IMG/VR virus record: IMGVR_UViG_3300031656_000001
DNA length: 64,000 bases
Source of the DNA: a virus
Reading direction: 5' to 3' (one strand)
The position numbers were made by a program, and so were the translations under genes. How positions within the stretch are numbered: the stretch's first letter is position 1; each line of letters opens with the position of its first letter. Shown here piece after piece: positions 39,279-49,470 of the stretch. The notes beneath the pieces are model-generated. The model worked only from the letters and a program-made list of their open reading frames with translations, was not told where the DNA came from and made no database searches.

Positions 39279-39992
39279 TTATTTACCTTTTTGTTGATAG
39301 TTAATATGAGTCTGTGATAATTGTCCAACAACGACTGGTGTCGGAGGCATCGGAGGTCCAGAAGGACCAACGCCTGTTGGGTGAATATGTGCATTGTAAT
39401 CGTCTAACCACATTTGCAACCAATCTTGAAGAGATTGACCTCTCACTGCTGGTTCTGTTTCATCTGCACCTGGTTCACCTGTATTTGAAACGAATATATC
39501 ACCACAGTCTAAGAACATCTTTGCGTCTGTGCTTATCTTAATGAATCCTTCCTCGTCTATTTGAATCATAGGGCGTTCTTTTGCACCTGATCCTCTAGTA
39601 ATAACTAAGCCGTCTTCAGGAGAATGATATATTCTAACATTCCTTACAGCATCATATACTAAACTAATCACATCATGAGGAGCATCGCTCGCTTCCAATA
39701 TATCTGATTTTAATTCTGTATTTTGATCTATTTGAAACCAATATTCAGGGTGATAAATGTTACCGTTATCAAAACGTACAGCAACAATATCGCCAACTCT
39801 TGGTACAGCATGTGCACCAACCTGATCCCTATTCATAGGAGTTGCCCATGGAATTGCGTCGTCTGTTAGTTTATCGAATTTACCATAAACCTTTACTCTG
39901 CATCTTCCATTCAAAAGCGGATCTTCGTTTACAACGACTTCACCTAACCAATGTGTCTCCCTTAAATTATCTTGAAAAAGTTCATCTGCCAT
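39279..39992 (-). CDS. Baseplate central spike (gp5 OB-fold / gpV-like)
   Basis: GEVVVNEDPLLNGRCRVKVYG...PWA...VPRVGDIVAVRF; apex HIH metal-binding motif; no lysozyme domain. Confidence 0.88.
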   Translation of the reverse strand: MADELFQDNLRETHWLGEVVVNEDPLLNGRCRVKVYGKFDKLTDDAIPWATPMNRDQVGAHAVPRVGDIVAVRFDNGNIYHPEYWFQIDQNTELKSDILEASDAPHDVISLVYDAVRNVRIYHSPEDGLVITRGSGAKERPMIQIDEEGFIKISTDAKMFLDCGDIFVSNTGEPGADETEPAVRGQSLQDWLQMWLDDYNAHIHPTGVGPSGPPMPPTPVVVGQLSQTHINYQQKGK

Positions 39993-41419
39993 TATTCGTA
40001 TACATTATCGTTAATATTTTCATCTGGGCTACTGTCTACCCCTTTATCGTGAATTCTACCAGGTGTAATATGCCTCGTAGTTTGTTCTTTTGCAATAGGT
40101 TCATAAACTCGTTCGTTGAGATTATTATCTGGACTACTATCAACGGTTGGTTCGTCGTAAACAGTAATAGGTGAAATAGTACCATTAACAGGTTTCGTTG
40201 TTTTTTTCTTAAATAATTGTCCGGTTAAATTTCTAATTCCATTAATACTTCCAGCTTCAAGCGCAGTATTGATGTCGCTTGCTGTACTCAAAGCGCCTGC
40301 AGCTCCATGTACATTATCAAGTATCAATGATTTTAATTTATCCATGCCAGCGTTTGCTAAACTTGCAGCAGCTCCTGTTAATCTTTCAGGATATACTGCA
40401 CCCATTGGATTATTACCGAAACCTGGTAAACTATTCTTTAAATTATTGAATCGGTTTACAAGTGAACCTGCAATTCCATTTACTTTATCACTGATTGCAT
40501 TTTGAACATTAGCCAATGGATTAAATGGTTGATTAGGATATAAACCATCATCTGGCTTTGCACTAGGTATAAGATCTTCTTCTTTTGCTGTGATGTTTGG
40601 TCCAAACTTTTGCCTAGACATTGATGAAGTACCCCAAATAAAACTTATTTTAGGTTTTTTCAATTCCGGGTTTTTACCTGCGTCTGCAAACATATCTGCT
40701 ATTGAATCTTGAATCCATTCACAATGTCCTAATTCAAACATAACAAATGGCTTAGCATCTGCTGTATAATTTCCAACTAATGTTCCATCAAATTCTCCCA
40801 TGCTTTTATAAACCGAAGTTTCATATCCTTTTGCTCTTGGAATAATATTAACAGATTTACTTCCATTATCACTTGGCATCGGTGTACCATACTGATCTAA
40901 ATCTCTGGCACCTTTGTCTTGTTGAAATGTTCTAACCTCTGAAAGAACGGTCCACACTCTAAAGTGTCTTAGATTTTTAGGAAGAATTTCAACATACCTG
41001 TCATAATCATAAACTGCTTGTTTATAAAGTGTCATTAAAGCGATTGCTGTTAATTCTACATTTTCTTCTAAACATTCTATTTCGATCTTTAGTTTTCCCT
41101 CACCCAACCAAGGTTCCTTCATATCAGTGTGCATTTGAGTAGCTTCAAGTCCTGATACTTTTTGCCAAAACCAAGGCATCTCGGTGTTAATCTTAAGTAA
41201 AACTTTTTTGAATGCTACTAGTTTTAAAGCATATGTTGTGCCTAAATGTGCATCTACGAAATCTCTAAGATATTCTTCAGCAGGTCCCGAGAACAATGGT
41301 GAATGTTGTCTATCTACTGTATCAAACATGAAAAAGAAACTAAGATAAGTTGGATCTTCGCTGATCTTTCTTGAAATAGAACCTTTTCTAAATTCATTAA
41401 TATGTTTAAAGTCTGACAT
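39992..41419 (-). CDS. Putative baseplate/tail-tube-associated protein
   Basis: Located between hub and spike; EDPTYLSF and WQKVSGLE tube-like motifs. Confidence 0.45.
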   Translation of the reverse strand: MSDFKHINEFRKGSISRKISEDPTYLSFFFMFDTVDRQHSPLFSGPAEEYLRDFVDAHLGTTYALKLVAFKKVLLKINTEMPWFWQKVSGLEATQMHTDMKEPWLGEGKLKIEIECLEENVELTAIALMTLYKQAVYDYDRYVEILPKNLRHFRVWTVLSEVRTFQQDKGARDLDQYGTPMPSDNGSKSVNIIPRAKGYETSVYKSMGEFDGTLVGNYTADAKPFVMFELGHCEWIQDSIADMFADAGKNPELKKPKISFIWGTSSMSRQKFGPNITAKEEDLIPSAKPDDGLYPNQPFNPLANVQNAISDKVNGIAGSLVNRFNNLKNSLPGFGNNPMGAVYPERLTGAAASLANAGMDKLKSLILDNVHGAAGALSTASDINTALEAGSINGIRNLTGQLFKKKTTKPVNGTISPITVYDEPTVDSSPDNNLNERVYEPIAKEQTTRHITPGRIHDKGVDSSPDENINDNVYE

Positions 41420-41437
41420 GTGTTATATATTCTGTTT

Positions 41438-43411
41438 TTATTTATCTTCAATTGTAAAGGCTGCAACACTTTCAAATAATTTACCCTCGGCTCTCATAGA
41501 TACTGTTAAATCATATGATCCTATATCAAAATCTGATTCAGCATTGAATGTCCAAGTACCGTTTGTTTTAAGCGAAAGATTATATCCCCAACTCCATGAC
41601 GTATCATCCATTTCTATTTCAAATGCCTCAACGCCTTCAAACTCTCTGTTTTTAGTCCATGTACCTGACGTTGTGAAATATGTATTACTTGATGGGAAAG
41701 GAGACATGACATCTTGCACAAAAGTAGATCCTGCATTATCAAATCCTAAAGTTATTTCTAAATCTTCAGGAACAGGCGTCGGTGATGGTGTTGTTTCCGG
41801 TGTCGGCACTGGCGTTGGTGCTGGTGTTGGTTCCGGACTATTTTCCGCAACATTTTCAGCTTTCTCTTCATCTGTTGCAGATTCTAATCCCGGAGGATTA
41901 ATTAAGTTTTCAGTTCTAGTTGGCCATTCTCTTCTCAATAATGTAACTATTTGTTTAGTCTCGCCATCAGTAGTTCTGTATACTATATCTTCTATAAGAT
42001 AATATCCCGATAAAAATGAATCTAATGCTTGGTTTGGACTTCTACCTTCTTCTATATCGTCAGAGAATTCTCCTAAATTAAAAGGTTCATCTTTATCCAT
42101 GCTAAGTTCTTTCTTATCACCTTTAATTCTTTCATTCTGTTCAATTGCCTGTTCGTTTACAATATACATTAACACAGGAATCTTTTGGTATTTATATAAT
42201 GATGGATTAAATGAATTCAAAGTAACTTCGATTTTCATTTTTTGAGTTTCCATTGCATTTTGTTTATTGTGCAACTTTGAAAAACTAGCATTTGGATGTA
42301 CGTTTCCTAAACCATCATCACCTGCTTCTTGTCTTCCAATGTATTTATACTTAATTTGCTCCAAGTGTCTCTTGTCGTTTCTATTACCTCTGAGTGGTTC
42401 TTCTAATTCTTTTAGATCTTTGCCACCGAGCGGCTCAATTCTAAACTCTTGCTTCTTATTATCACCATTGTTATCATATATTGTAACTTCTCTTGCATAT
42501 CCAGCAGTTGTACTAATAGCATTTGCATTATTGATCATTTTATTAGATTCAATAAATGCACTGTTTCCCATGAATGCAATATGATTAGTTAGTAATAAAG
42601 GTACTTCAATATCATTACCTGTTTTGGCCTTTTCAGCTGAGTCACCTGAAGGCGTCATAGATTCCGCAGCAGAAGCCAAAGATTCTGCAAATTCCTCAAT
42701 TGGAGGGTTAGGCGAATTAAACAATGCATTAACATCTACATAATTCATATAGTAATATGAATCGATCCACCATTTTTGAAATGATTCTTCACCAATATAA
42801 CTTTCGTTTACTATTGATTTTATAAAATCCATATATGACGTGTATGCCATGATTCTAGATTGAGAATCGTCTGTTGTGTCTATGTTAGTTGCTAATCCTA
42901 ATTTTAAATCTCGTGCTACTTCTTCCATATGATCTAATGATCCACCATTATCAAAGCTCACACATGATTCTGCATATATTTTAGGAATTTTACAATAACC
43001 GCTTATACTAAAAGTTGCGGGACCAACATTACCTTCCTTAGGTGCTTTACATGAACTTATATCAAAATCCATATGAATTGATTTGAACGTCTCTTGGTTT
43101 TTAGAATTTATAAGTACTGTAAAGAAGTCGCCGTCTCTTGGATAACTACCAACTGCAAATTTACCTGCGCTGTCTTTGAGTGTTAATTTACAGGTAGGTA
43201 AAATTTGAGTTAAGTTTAATTCAAAATAAGTAACGTCATCAGGCCTAAATTGATATCCATTAATAAGTATCATCGGTTTTAATGTAGCAATGACACTTGT
43301 CTGTTTATACTCTGCCTCATCTGGTTTTTCTTCAGCAAGCGCATCGATCTTTATTTCAGTTGGCCTGATTTCAGGCTCAACTACTGCTAATATATTGTTA
43401 GATAATTCCAT
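41438..43411 (-). CDS. Baseplate hub (gp27-like) with appended PT linker and Ig-like domain
   Basis: LPTCKLTLKD and FLSGYYLIEDIVY...VTLLRREW hub motifs; C-terminal EPTPAPTPVPTP linker plus a beta domain. Confidence 0.6.
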   Translation of the reverse strand: MELSNNILAVVEPEIRPTEIKIDALAEEKPDEAEYKQTSVIATLKPMILINGYQFRPDDVTYFELNLTQILPTCKLTLKDSAGKFAVGSYPRDGDFFTVLINSKNQETFKSIHMDFDISSCKAPKEGNVGPATFSISGYCKIPKIYAESCVSFDNGGSLDHMEEVARDLKLGLATNIDTTDDSQSRIMAYTSYMDFIKSIVNESYIGEESFQKWWIDSYYYMNYVDVNALFNSPNPPIEEFAESLASAAESMTPSGDSAEKAKTGNDIEVPLLLTNHIAFMGNSAFIESNKMINNANAISTTAGYAREVTIYDNNGDNKKQEFRIEPLGGKDLKELEEPLRGNRNDKRHLEQIKYKYIGRQEAGDDGLGNVHPNASFSKLHNKQNAMETQKMKIEVTLNSFNPSLYKYQKIPVLMYIVNEQAIEQNERIKGDKKELSMDKDEPFNLGEFSDDIEEGRSPNQALDSFLSGYYLIEDIVYRTTDGETKQIVTLLRREWPTRTENLINPPGLESATDEEKAENVAENSPEPTPAPTPVPTPETTPSPTPVPEDLEITLGFDNAGSTFVQDVMSPFPSSNTYFTTSGTWTKNREFEGVEAFEIEMDDTSWSWGYNLSLKTNGTWTFNAESDFDIGSYDLTVSMRAEGKLFESVAAFTIEDK

Positions 43412-43419
43412 ATGTATTG

Positions 43420-44241
43420 TTATTTAGCGCAAGGTGAATCTGCTTCATCAATTGAAGGATCATCAGTAGATGCAGGCGCATCACCATCAGGTATTTCACC
43501 TCCTAATTCATCTGCAATATCGTTATTTTCAATTTCAATTGTTTCTATTCCATTATTATCTCTATCACCTCCATTGCCATTTGCATTATTGATTAAGTCA
43601 TCTTCATATGAATTATCATCGCTTATGTTATTTTCATTTTGTGAAATAATGTCAGGTGTATTGTGTATATCGGTTAAGTTGTCATTGTCAGATGTAGCCG
43701 CTTTCTTCATCTCACTTAAAATAGAATTAACAACAGGATCTGTTTGAGGTCCCATGCCCAATCTAACATCAGTTCCATCAAATTCATAGTTTTTTCTACC
43801 AACTGGAATCACATTAGGTGGCAATAAAGATTCTTTGTTGTATTTTTTCTTAAGTGCTTCTATTCTCCGTTGATCAGTCTTACTTAATCGTTTTGTCTTT
43901 AAGAATTGATTCTTAATTGGATTATCTTCATACATGTCCGGAGTCTCTAGTCTATAATAAGGAATAGTATCTACAGGAACATAAATGGTTTCGCCTGGCA
44001 TAATAGAAAAAGGATCTGATATACCATTGAATTTTAAAATAATATCTAAACCATCTGTGCCTCCGTAGTGTTTTACAGAAATCAAATCGGGTCGTACAAC
44101 GTCATCTTTAGTTACAATGTGTTTAGCTACCATCGCATACTCATTAGGATCTAATGTTCTAAAAAGCATAGTCGGTTGGGCTAGTAACATTTTATCTTTA
44201 CTAGTACTTAATGTTTTATTTCTAAATATTTTAAAATCCAT
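43420..44241 (-). CDS. Baseplate wedge gp53/LysM-like protein with acidic tail
   Basis: RPDLISVKHYG...IILKFNGISDPF...GETIYVP. Confidence 0.82.
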   Translation of the reverse strand: MDFKIFRNKTLSTSKDKMLLAQPTMLFRTLDPNEYAMVAKHIVTKDDVVRPDLISVKHYGGTDGLDIILKFNGISDPFSIMPGETIYVPVDTIPYYRLETPDMYEDNPIKNQFLKTKRLSKTDQRRIEALKKKYNKESLLPPNVIPVGRKNYEFDGTDVRLGMGPQTDPVVNSILSEMKKAATSDNDNLTDIHNTPDIISQNENNISDDNSYEDDLINNANGNGGDRDNNGIETIEIENNDIADELGGEIPDGDAPASTDDPSIDEADSPCAK

Positions 44242-44255
44242 CTTATTTTATTATT

Positions 44256-46118
44256 TTATCCTGCTGACATATCTGATAACTTACTCATATATGGCGCATT
44301 CTTAATATTATCTCCTGATTTACCTCCATATGCATTAACATTGATCATTGAATCAACATCTAATCCTTCGCCTTCATCCATCCATTCTGGTTGTAAATAC
44401 ATTCTACCTCGACCTGCATTAAACATAGATTCAATTTCAGTTTTATCTCTAGGTCTACCAGGTTTTAGTGTTATTTCAACTTTCATTTTAGTAGGAAAAC
44501 CTTCAAAACCTAAAGGTCCTTCAAACGAAACGTTGCTTTCTTGTAGTGCTAAATTTCCGCAAACTATAATAGGATTCATTGGATTACCAATAGTTAAATG
44601 CCATTGTCCAGTTGGATCACCTGTTAAGAATGCTTTAATTATATCCCCACCTCCAGGTCCACCTAGCATTTTCATAAGTCCTCCACCTACTATGTTTTCT
44701 AGAATAGAAGAATCACCTAATATTTTATTTATACCAGCACCGCTAGTAACATTAGAAGCTGTCTTTTTTAATTGATCCATAAAGTTTCCACCCATACCAG
44801 CAAGTGTATCAGCAATAGAACCTATATAACCAGCATAATCACCCTTTGCTAACATAGCAGAATCACCGAATGGTTTACCAGTATTACCAGTACCACTAAA
44901 TCTAGTAGCTCCTCCCCAAAATGGTGCATTGTTGAATGTAAGTGCTAAGACATTTGATAATGTATCCATAAACGCAACCTTTGGGCTCGTTCCAGGATAT
45001 GCTTTAAGATCATAATGAAATGATATTTTAAAATCTTGTTCAAATATTAAACCTTTATCTCTAGCTAATACGTTATCTATAATATTAAGAGGTCCAAATA
45101 CCTTGTTTGGATATGTTGCTTTATTATAATCAACATTAGCACCTCTTTTTTTAATATTTTGTGCTTGTACTGAATTGAATCCATTTAAACCAGATTCAAC
45201 TGCTGATGCAAGTGGACTACCCTCAATTGCTTTACCAGCTTTACCCCTATCAGCTGTTTGTGATTGTGCGTCTTGTATACTAGATTCTGCTACTGTCCAT
45301 TTGAAAGCTGTTTTGAATTTAAGTATTTCTTCTAAATTATTACCTAATGCTGGTGATAGCCATGTTACTGCTCGTGCTAAATCAGGCTGACTTGTATCAA
45401 TCTCTTTTGCATCTGTACCATGTTGTATTGGTGTTAATAAATCATCAGGTACTGGATAAGCAAATCGCCTAAGAGTAATTAAATAATCGTTAGATATTTG
45501 ACCATAATGTTCCATCTGAATAAAATCACTGTAACTATATGAGAAACATTCTTTACCAGTAACTTTAGCATATTCTACTATATTGTTAGCAGTTGGATTT
45601 AATTTATTATTATTACCAGCGCTTGAATTCTCGCCGCCATCAAACATTACTGGCTTATTATAATCATTACCAGTAGTTGGTCCATTAGTAAAATTAGCTT
45701 GACCTGTTCTATTAGCAAATCTATGAAGTGTCCACGCATTAAACAAACTTCTAGGTGCTTTACCTAAATGTATCGTCTCGCCTTTATCTTCATACGTATC
45801 GCCATTCTCACCACTAACAGTAGTCTTTACAGAATATACTTTAGACTCTACAGGATTATTAGGATATAAAGATTCTGTTTTAGCATTTTTACCTGTAATG
45901 GTAGCTACATTTAATGTGTTTTTTCCTGTACCTGTAGTATCTGTAGGTGTTTTTGATTCTCCACTCAATGCACCAACCTTTGGACTAGTTGTCTTTACTT
46001 CTCTACCAGATTTAACGTCTGTGTAAAAGAAATGAGTTACATCAACGCCTGTTGTTGCATCAGCTACAGTTAATGATTTTTTGAAAATGAAATTTAAATC
46101 GTCGGTTATTCCTGACAT
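44256..46118 (-). CDS. Baseplate tail-tube cap (gp48-like) protein
   Basis: C-terminal WHLTIGNP...NVSF...GFPTKMKVEITLKP tube fold; first gene of the late baseplate operon. Confidence 0.5.
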   Translation of the reverse strand: MSGITDDLNFIFKKSLTVADATTGVDVTHFFYTDVKSGREVKTTSPKVGALSGESKTPTDTTGTGKNTLNVATITGKNAKTESLYPNNPVESKVYSVKTTVSGENGDTYEDKGETIHLGKAPRSLFNAWTLHRFANRTGQANFTNGPTTGNDYNKPVMFDGGENSSAGNNNKLNPTANNIVEYAKVTGKECFSYSYSDFIQMEHYGQISNDYLITLRRFAYPVPDDLLTPIQHGTDAKEIDTSQPDLARAVTWLSPALGNNLEEILKFKTAFKWTVAESSIQDAQSQTADRGKAGKAIEGSPLASAVESGLNGFNSVQAQNIKKRGANVDYNKATYPNKVFGPLNIIDNVLARDKGLIFEQDFKISFHYDLKAYPGTSPKVAFMDTLSNVLALTFNNAPFWGGATRFSGTGNTGKPFGDSAMLAKGDYAGYIGSIADTLAGMGGNFMDQLKKTASNVTSGAGINKILGDSSILENIVGGGLMKMLGGPGGGDIIKAFLTGDPTGQWHLTIGNPMNPIIVCGNLALQESNVSFEGPLGFEGFPTKMKVEITLKPGRPRDKTEIESMFNAGRGRMYLQPEWMDEGEGLDVDSMINVNAYGGKSGDNIKNAPYMSKLSDMSAG

Positions 46119-46171
46119 ATGGGTGAATTTTCTTTTTTATATATATCTACCTTATATGGTAGGATAATATA

Positions 46172-46771
46172 TTAAACCCACTCGGTGTTGTCCATTTCGT
46201 CGGTTTCAGGTCTATATAGTAGATTATCAGACCATTTAGAATCTTTTGGGTATTTATTACCTAAGAATTTTTGTAAAGATTTTACATATTCACCTTTAGT
46301 ATGCCAATAAAATTCACCATCTCGGTATACTGATCTATTGACAAGCTCATATAGCTCTTTCAGTTTCATCTCTATATGAAACGTTTGGATATTATTAAAT
46401 AGAGTTTCTTGTTCAGCCCGAGTTCTTGTACAGAACACAGAGTCAACAACAATTAGATACTGTTTCCACTTAGCACCATTAAATATATTATTTTCAATAT
46501 CTATGACAGTTGGATACAATGCTCTTTTAAGATTCAACTTAGTATCTCTACCATCAAAATCTTTTATAAATCTACCGCCAAATATATTCTTTTTCAGAAA
46601 ATAAACCTGATCGTAAAACTTTTTAATTCTAATTTGATATTGTGGATTGACGTCTTCAAACTTAACGTCATAGATAGTTGCTCTAACTGGGATTAATAAG
46701 TTAGGCTGTTGTGTAGTAGAAATAAGGGCGTGAATTTGATCACCCTTAGAAAATAGTTTGTGTTTAATCAT
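46172..46771 (-). CDS. Hypothetical protein
   Basis: Coupled ORF, 199 aa. Confidence 0.6.
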   Translation of the reverse strand: MIKHKLFSKGDQIHALISTTQQPNLLIPVRATIYDVKFEDVNPQYQIRIKKFYDQVYFLKKNIFGGRFIKDFDGRDTKLNLKRALYPTVIDIENNIFNGAKWKQYLIVVDSVFCTRTRAEQETLFNNIQTFHIEMKLKELYELVNRSVYRDGEFYWHTKGEYVKSLQKFLGNKYPKDSKWSDNLLYRPETDEMDNTEWV

Positions 46772-47165
46772 TGTCTATAAACCTAACATTGTCAAATTTG
46801 CTTAAAACTCCGGTTTTCGGAAAGTCACATCTATTAACTACTAATAGATCTAACTCGCAAACTTCGTCTGACATGTCATTAATGAAGTCCCTGAAACCAC
46901 CAACGGTATCAGCACTCAAAGATTTAAACATATAAAGAATCTTGACGTCTTCTTGTTCGCCAAGATTCAATAATACTTTTTGGATTATTTTTCTAATATA
47001 AATAGAAATGATTATATTCGATGGCTCTGTATTATCTGGATCACTTTTAACCAAACGATTAAAAATATCGTAATACGAAACTGAAAGATCATAGTCACCC
47101 GATTTGGATAACTTATCGAATTCTGTTCTTGTCTTGCACCAAACACCTTCTATTTTTATATTCAT
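46764..47165 (-). CDS. Hypothetical protein
   Basis: Coupled ORF, 133 aa. Confidence 0.6.
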   Translation of the reverse strand: MNIKIEGVWCKTRTEFDKLSKSGDYDLSVSYYDIFNRLVKSDPDNTEPSNIIISIYIRKIIQKVLLNLGEQEDVKILYMFKSLSADTVGGFRDFINDMSDEVCELDLLVVNRCDFPKTGVLSKFDNVRFIDND

Positions 47166-47485
47166 ATGTCTAATATAGAATTCAGTCTTTTAATTTCTCT
47201 TTCTAAAGTCTGAATCTTTTTTTTAATTTCACTGTCTGTTGGTTCATATTGAGAACCCCAGTCCAATGCAATACGTATACGATCTGGATCTAGTTCAGTT
47301 CCAATATCAAGTCCTAAGTCAAATACTAAATCCTTAAAGAATTTTATTTGATTAGCTCTTTTCATCGGTCCTTCGAATTCATAGACTTGTCTAGATTCGA
47401 ATTCTTCGCCACCTCCATTTACGTTATCGTCGACTAGTGTTTTTATAACACCATTATCTGCTGGCTCAATACCGATAGTTAACAT
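47162..47485 (-). CDS. Hypothetical protein
   Basis: ATGA overlap with the next gene; C-terminal coiled coil. Confidence 0.6.
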   Translation of the reverse strand: MLTIGIEPADNGVIKTLVDDNVNGGGEEFESRQVYEFEGPMKRANQIKFFKDLVFDLGLDIGTELDPDRIRIALDWGSQYEPTDSEIKKKIQTLEREIKRLNSILDI

Positions 47486-47488
47486 ATA

Positions 47489-47914
47489 TTATTTTGTTTT
47501 TCTAGATAATAACGATTCTTTAGCCTTTCTCATTAGTGATTTAGCCTCAATTTTATCTTCGCGGTATGTTTCTTTGTTCTTAACAAAGCCAATAGTTGCT
47601 GCTTCTTCTAGCATTGCTATTTCGTCTGCGTTATAACCAATATCATACCAAGTTTCTTTCATACCTTCTAATTTGTCGCCAAGAGTTTCCTCCCATTTTT
47701 TTTCAATATTAGCACGTCTTACTTCTTGAATTCTTTTACCATTCTTCATGGTCTCTGCACGAAAGTTCGCTCTGATAGGATTAAGAAAATTCAATTTACT
47801 AAGATACTTTAAAATACCTTGTTGTTTTAATCTTGCTCTTCTTTCTCTACGATTAGGAATTTCCTGGTTCGTCGTTTCCTGAGTCACTTCTTGTGATTGT
47901 GTTTGTTCTTCCAT
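47489..47914 (-). CDS. Hypothetical protein (PNRRERR motif)
   Basis: 141 aa ORF within the operon. Confidence 0.6.
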   Translation of the reverse strand: MEEQTQSQEVTQETTNQEIPNRRERRARLKQQGILKYLSKLNFLNPIRANFRAETMKNGKRIQEVRRANIEKKWEETLGDKLEGMKETWYDIGYNADEIAMLEEAATIGFVKNKETYREDKIEAKSLMRKAKESLLSRKTK

Positions 47915-48509
47915 TGTAATAGTTATTAATAAATGATTCGATTTGTTCTTTTAGTTCCGTTCTTAGGTTATCTATCTGATCTTCTACGAGCGCTGAAATC
48001 TGGCCGTTTAGATCTTTTTTAGTGATGTCCATCTGATCTTTAAGTAATGCATATATTTCCTTAGATGGAATATTTACTTGAATAGGCAGATCAGCTTTAT
48101 TCTTAACACTCATCTTCTTAAGCATTTCACGCATTACATTTACTTCTACTGATTGTTCAATATCTCTACGCGGTCTAACTGGTGTTGCATCCTCTATGTC
48201 TCTGCGCGGTCTAACCGGTGTTGCATCTTCTATTGGATCTCTACGTGGCCTAACTGGCGTTGCATCTTGTGGATTTATATAAGTTGTAATTCCACCAAAG
48301 TCTTTTGCTATTAAATTAGCCTGATCTTCAGATGATGCCGGTAATAAAAATTCTGAAATTAACGTTGAATTACATTTAGTTCCATCGGTAAATTCTACCC
48401 ATTCCTTTTCAACAGGTTTAGTATTATCGACCTCTACTATTTGTCCTATCCTCTCAGATTTAATCCAAACGTAAAATTGTCTATTTTCTGCCTCTTTGTT
48501 TTTAGCCAT
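47853..48509 (-). CDS. Hypothetical protein with 3x DATPVRPRRD repeat
   Basis: Likely start is ATG 48509 (MAKNKE); repeat at about 48160-48270. Confidence 0.6.
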   Translation of the reverse strand: MAKNKEAENRQFYVWIKSERIGQIVEVDNTKPVEKEWVEFTDGTKCNSTLISEFLLPASSEDQANLIAKDFGGITTYINPQDATPVRPRRDPIEDATPVRPRRDIEDATPVRPRRDIEQSVEVNVMREMLKKMSVKNKADLPIQVNIPSKEIYALLKDQMDITKKDLNGQISALVEDQIDNLRTELKEQIESFINNYYNGRTNTITRSDSGNDEPGNS

Positions 48510-48513
48510 GATT

Positions 48514-48744
48514 TTATTTTTTAATATCCGTATCCATTTCATTTCCTACAAATATTTGTTTACTCTTATTATATGCGAAATCTGCAAAAGGTTTAATAAA
48601 GTCATGTGAATCACTAGGTCCCATGACAGCATCTGCGTTCTGCATTCTCTTTAACCAGTGTTCTCCAAAGGTTTCTTCGCCCATTGTTTCTAGTTGTTCC
48701 TTCAGTGATTTTACCTCTGGTAAAATCAATTTATTAAATCCCAT
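48514..48744 (-). CDS. Hypothetical protein
   Basis: 76 aa ORF within the operon. Confidence 0.55.
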   Translation of the reverse strand: MGFNKLILPEVKSLKEQLETMGEETFGEHWLKRMQNADAVMGPSDSHDFIKPFADFAYNKSKQIFVGNEMDTDIKK

Positions 48745-48754
48745 TTATTATTGT

Positions 48755-49465
48755 TTAGTTGTTGTTTCTTTTTCTTCGTGTAGTACTATTAGATCTTTTA
48801 ACAGGTGTACGTTTAATTACACGTGGTGTTGTGCTACGTCTTATTGGAGTATTCACATTAGTCCTTCTTGTAGGTCTAATAACTCTGTTTGGAGTATTAC
48901 GTCTTGTTGGTGTAGTTCTAATTGTTCTTGTCGGTGTAGTTCTAATTGTTCTTGTCGGTGTGGTTCTTCTTGGTGTAGTTCTTGTAGAAGTAGGCTGAAC
49001 ATATAATCTTCTTCCATTATTACGAATTGAAGAACGTCTACTATAATTTAAATTATAATTTCGATTCCACCTGTAATATGTATTGTTCCATGAATGCCAA
49101 TCCCAATTGTAACCATGATAGACATTGCCCATATTATTCCAATGTGGTATAGAAGTCCATGTATTCCAATTATTATATTGATAATAATAGACGTTCCAAT
49201 TTGAAATATGCTGATAATTATTAAAAGGTCTACAATACCATGCATTATATGTGGGATCAAATCCATACAAATCATGAAAGCCATGCCTTCTACAACTTAC
49301 AGGTGATGTTCGTTGTAATCCAATATTCCAATCATTTGATTGTGTATATGAAACCCGTTTGCTTATTACAACGGATGGTGTGAGATCTCTAGCAGAACTG
49401 TATTGAAAATTTAAACTGCTACAACTAGTTAAAAACAGCATCGCGATAATAAGTAACTTTTTCAT
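48755..49465 (-). CDS. Lipoprotein with W/Y/N-rich core and Arg/Thr-rich disordered tail
   Basis: MKKLLIIAMLFLTSC lipobox; 24-bp TTPTRTIR repeats at about 48910-48960. Confidence 0.75.
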   Translation of the reverse strand: MKKLLIIAMLFLTSCSSLNFQYSSARDLTPSVVISKRVSYTQSNDWNIGLQRTSPVSCRRHGFHDLYGFDPTYNAWYCRPFNNYQHISNWNVYYYQYNNWNTWTSIPHWNNMGNVYHGYNWDWHSWNNTYYRWNRNYNLNYSRRSSIRNNGRRLYVQPTSTRTTPRRTTPTRTIRTTPTRTIRTTPTRRNTPNRVIRPTRRTNVNTPIRRSTTPRVIKRTPVKRSNSTTRRKRNNN

Positions 49466-49470
49466 AATAT

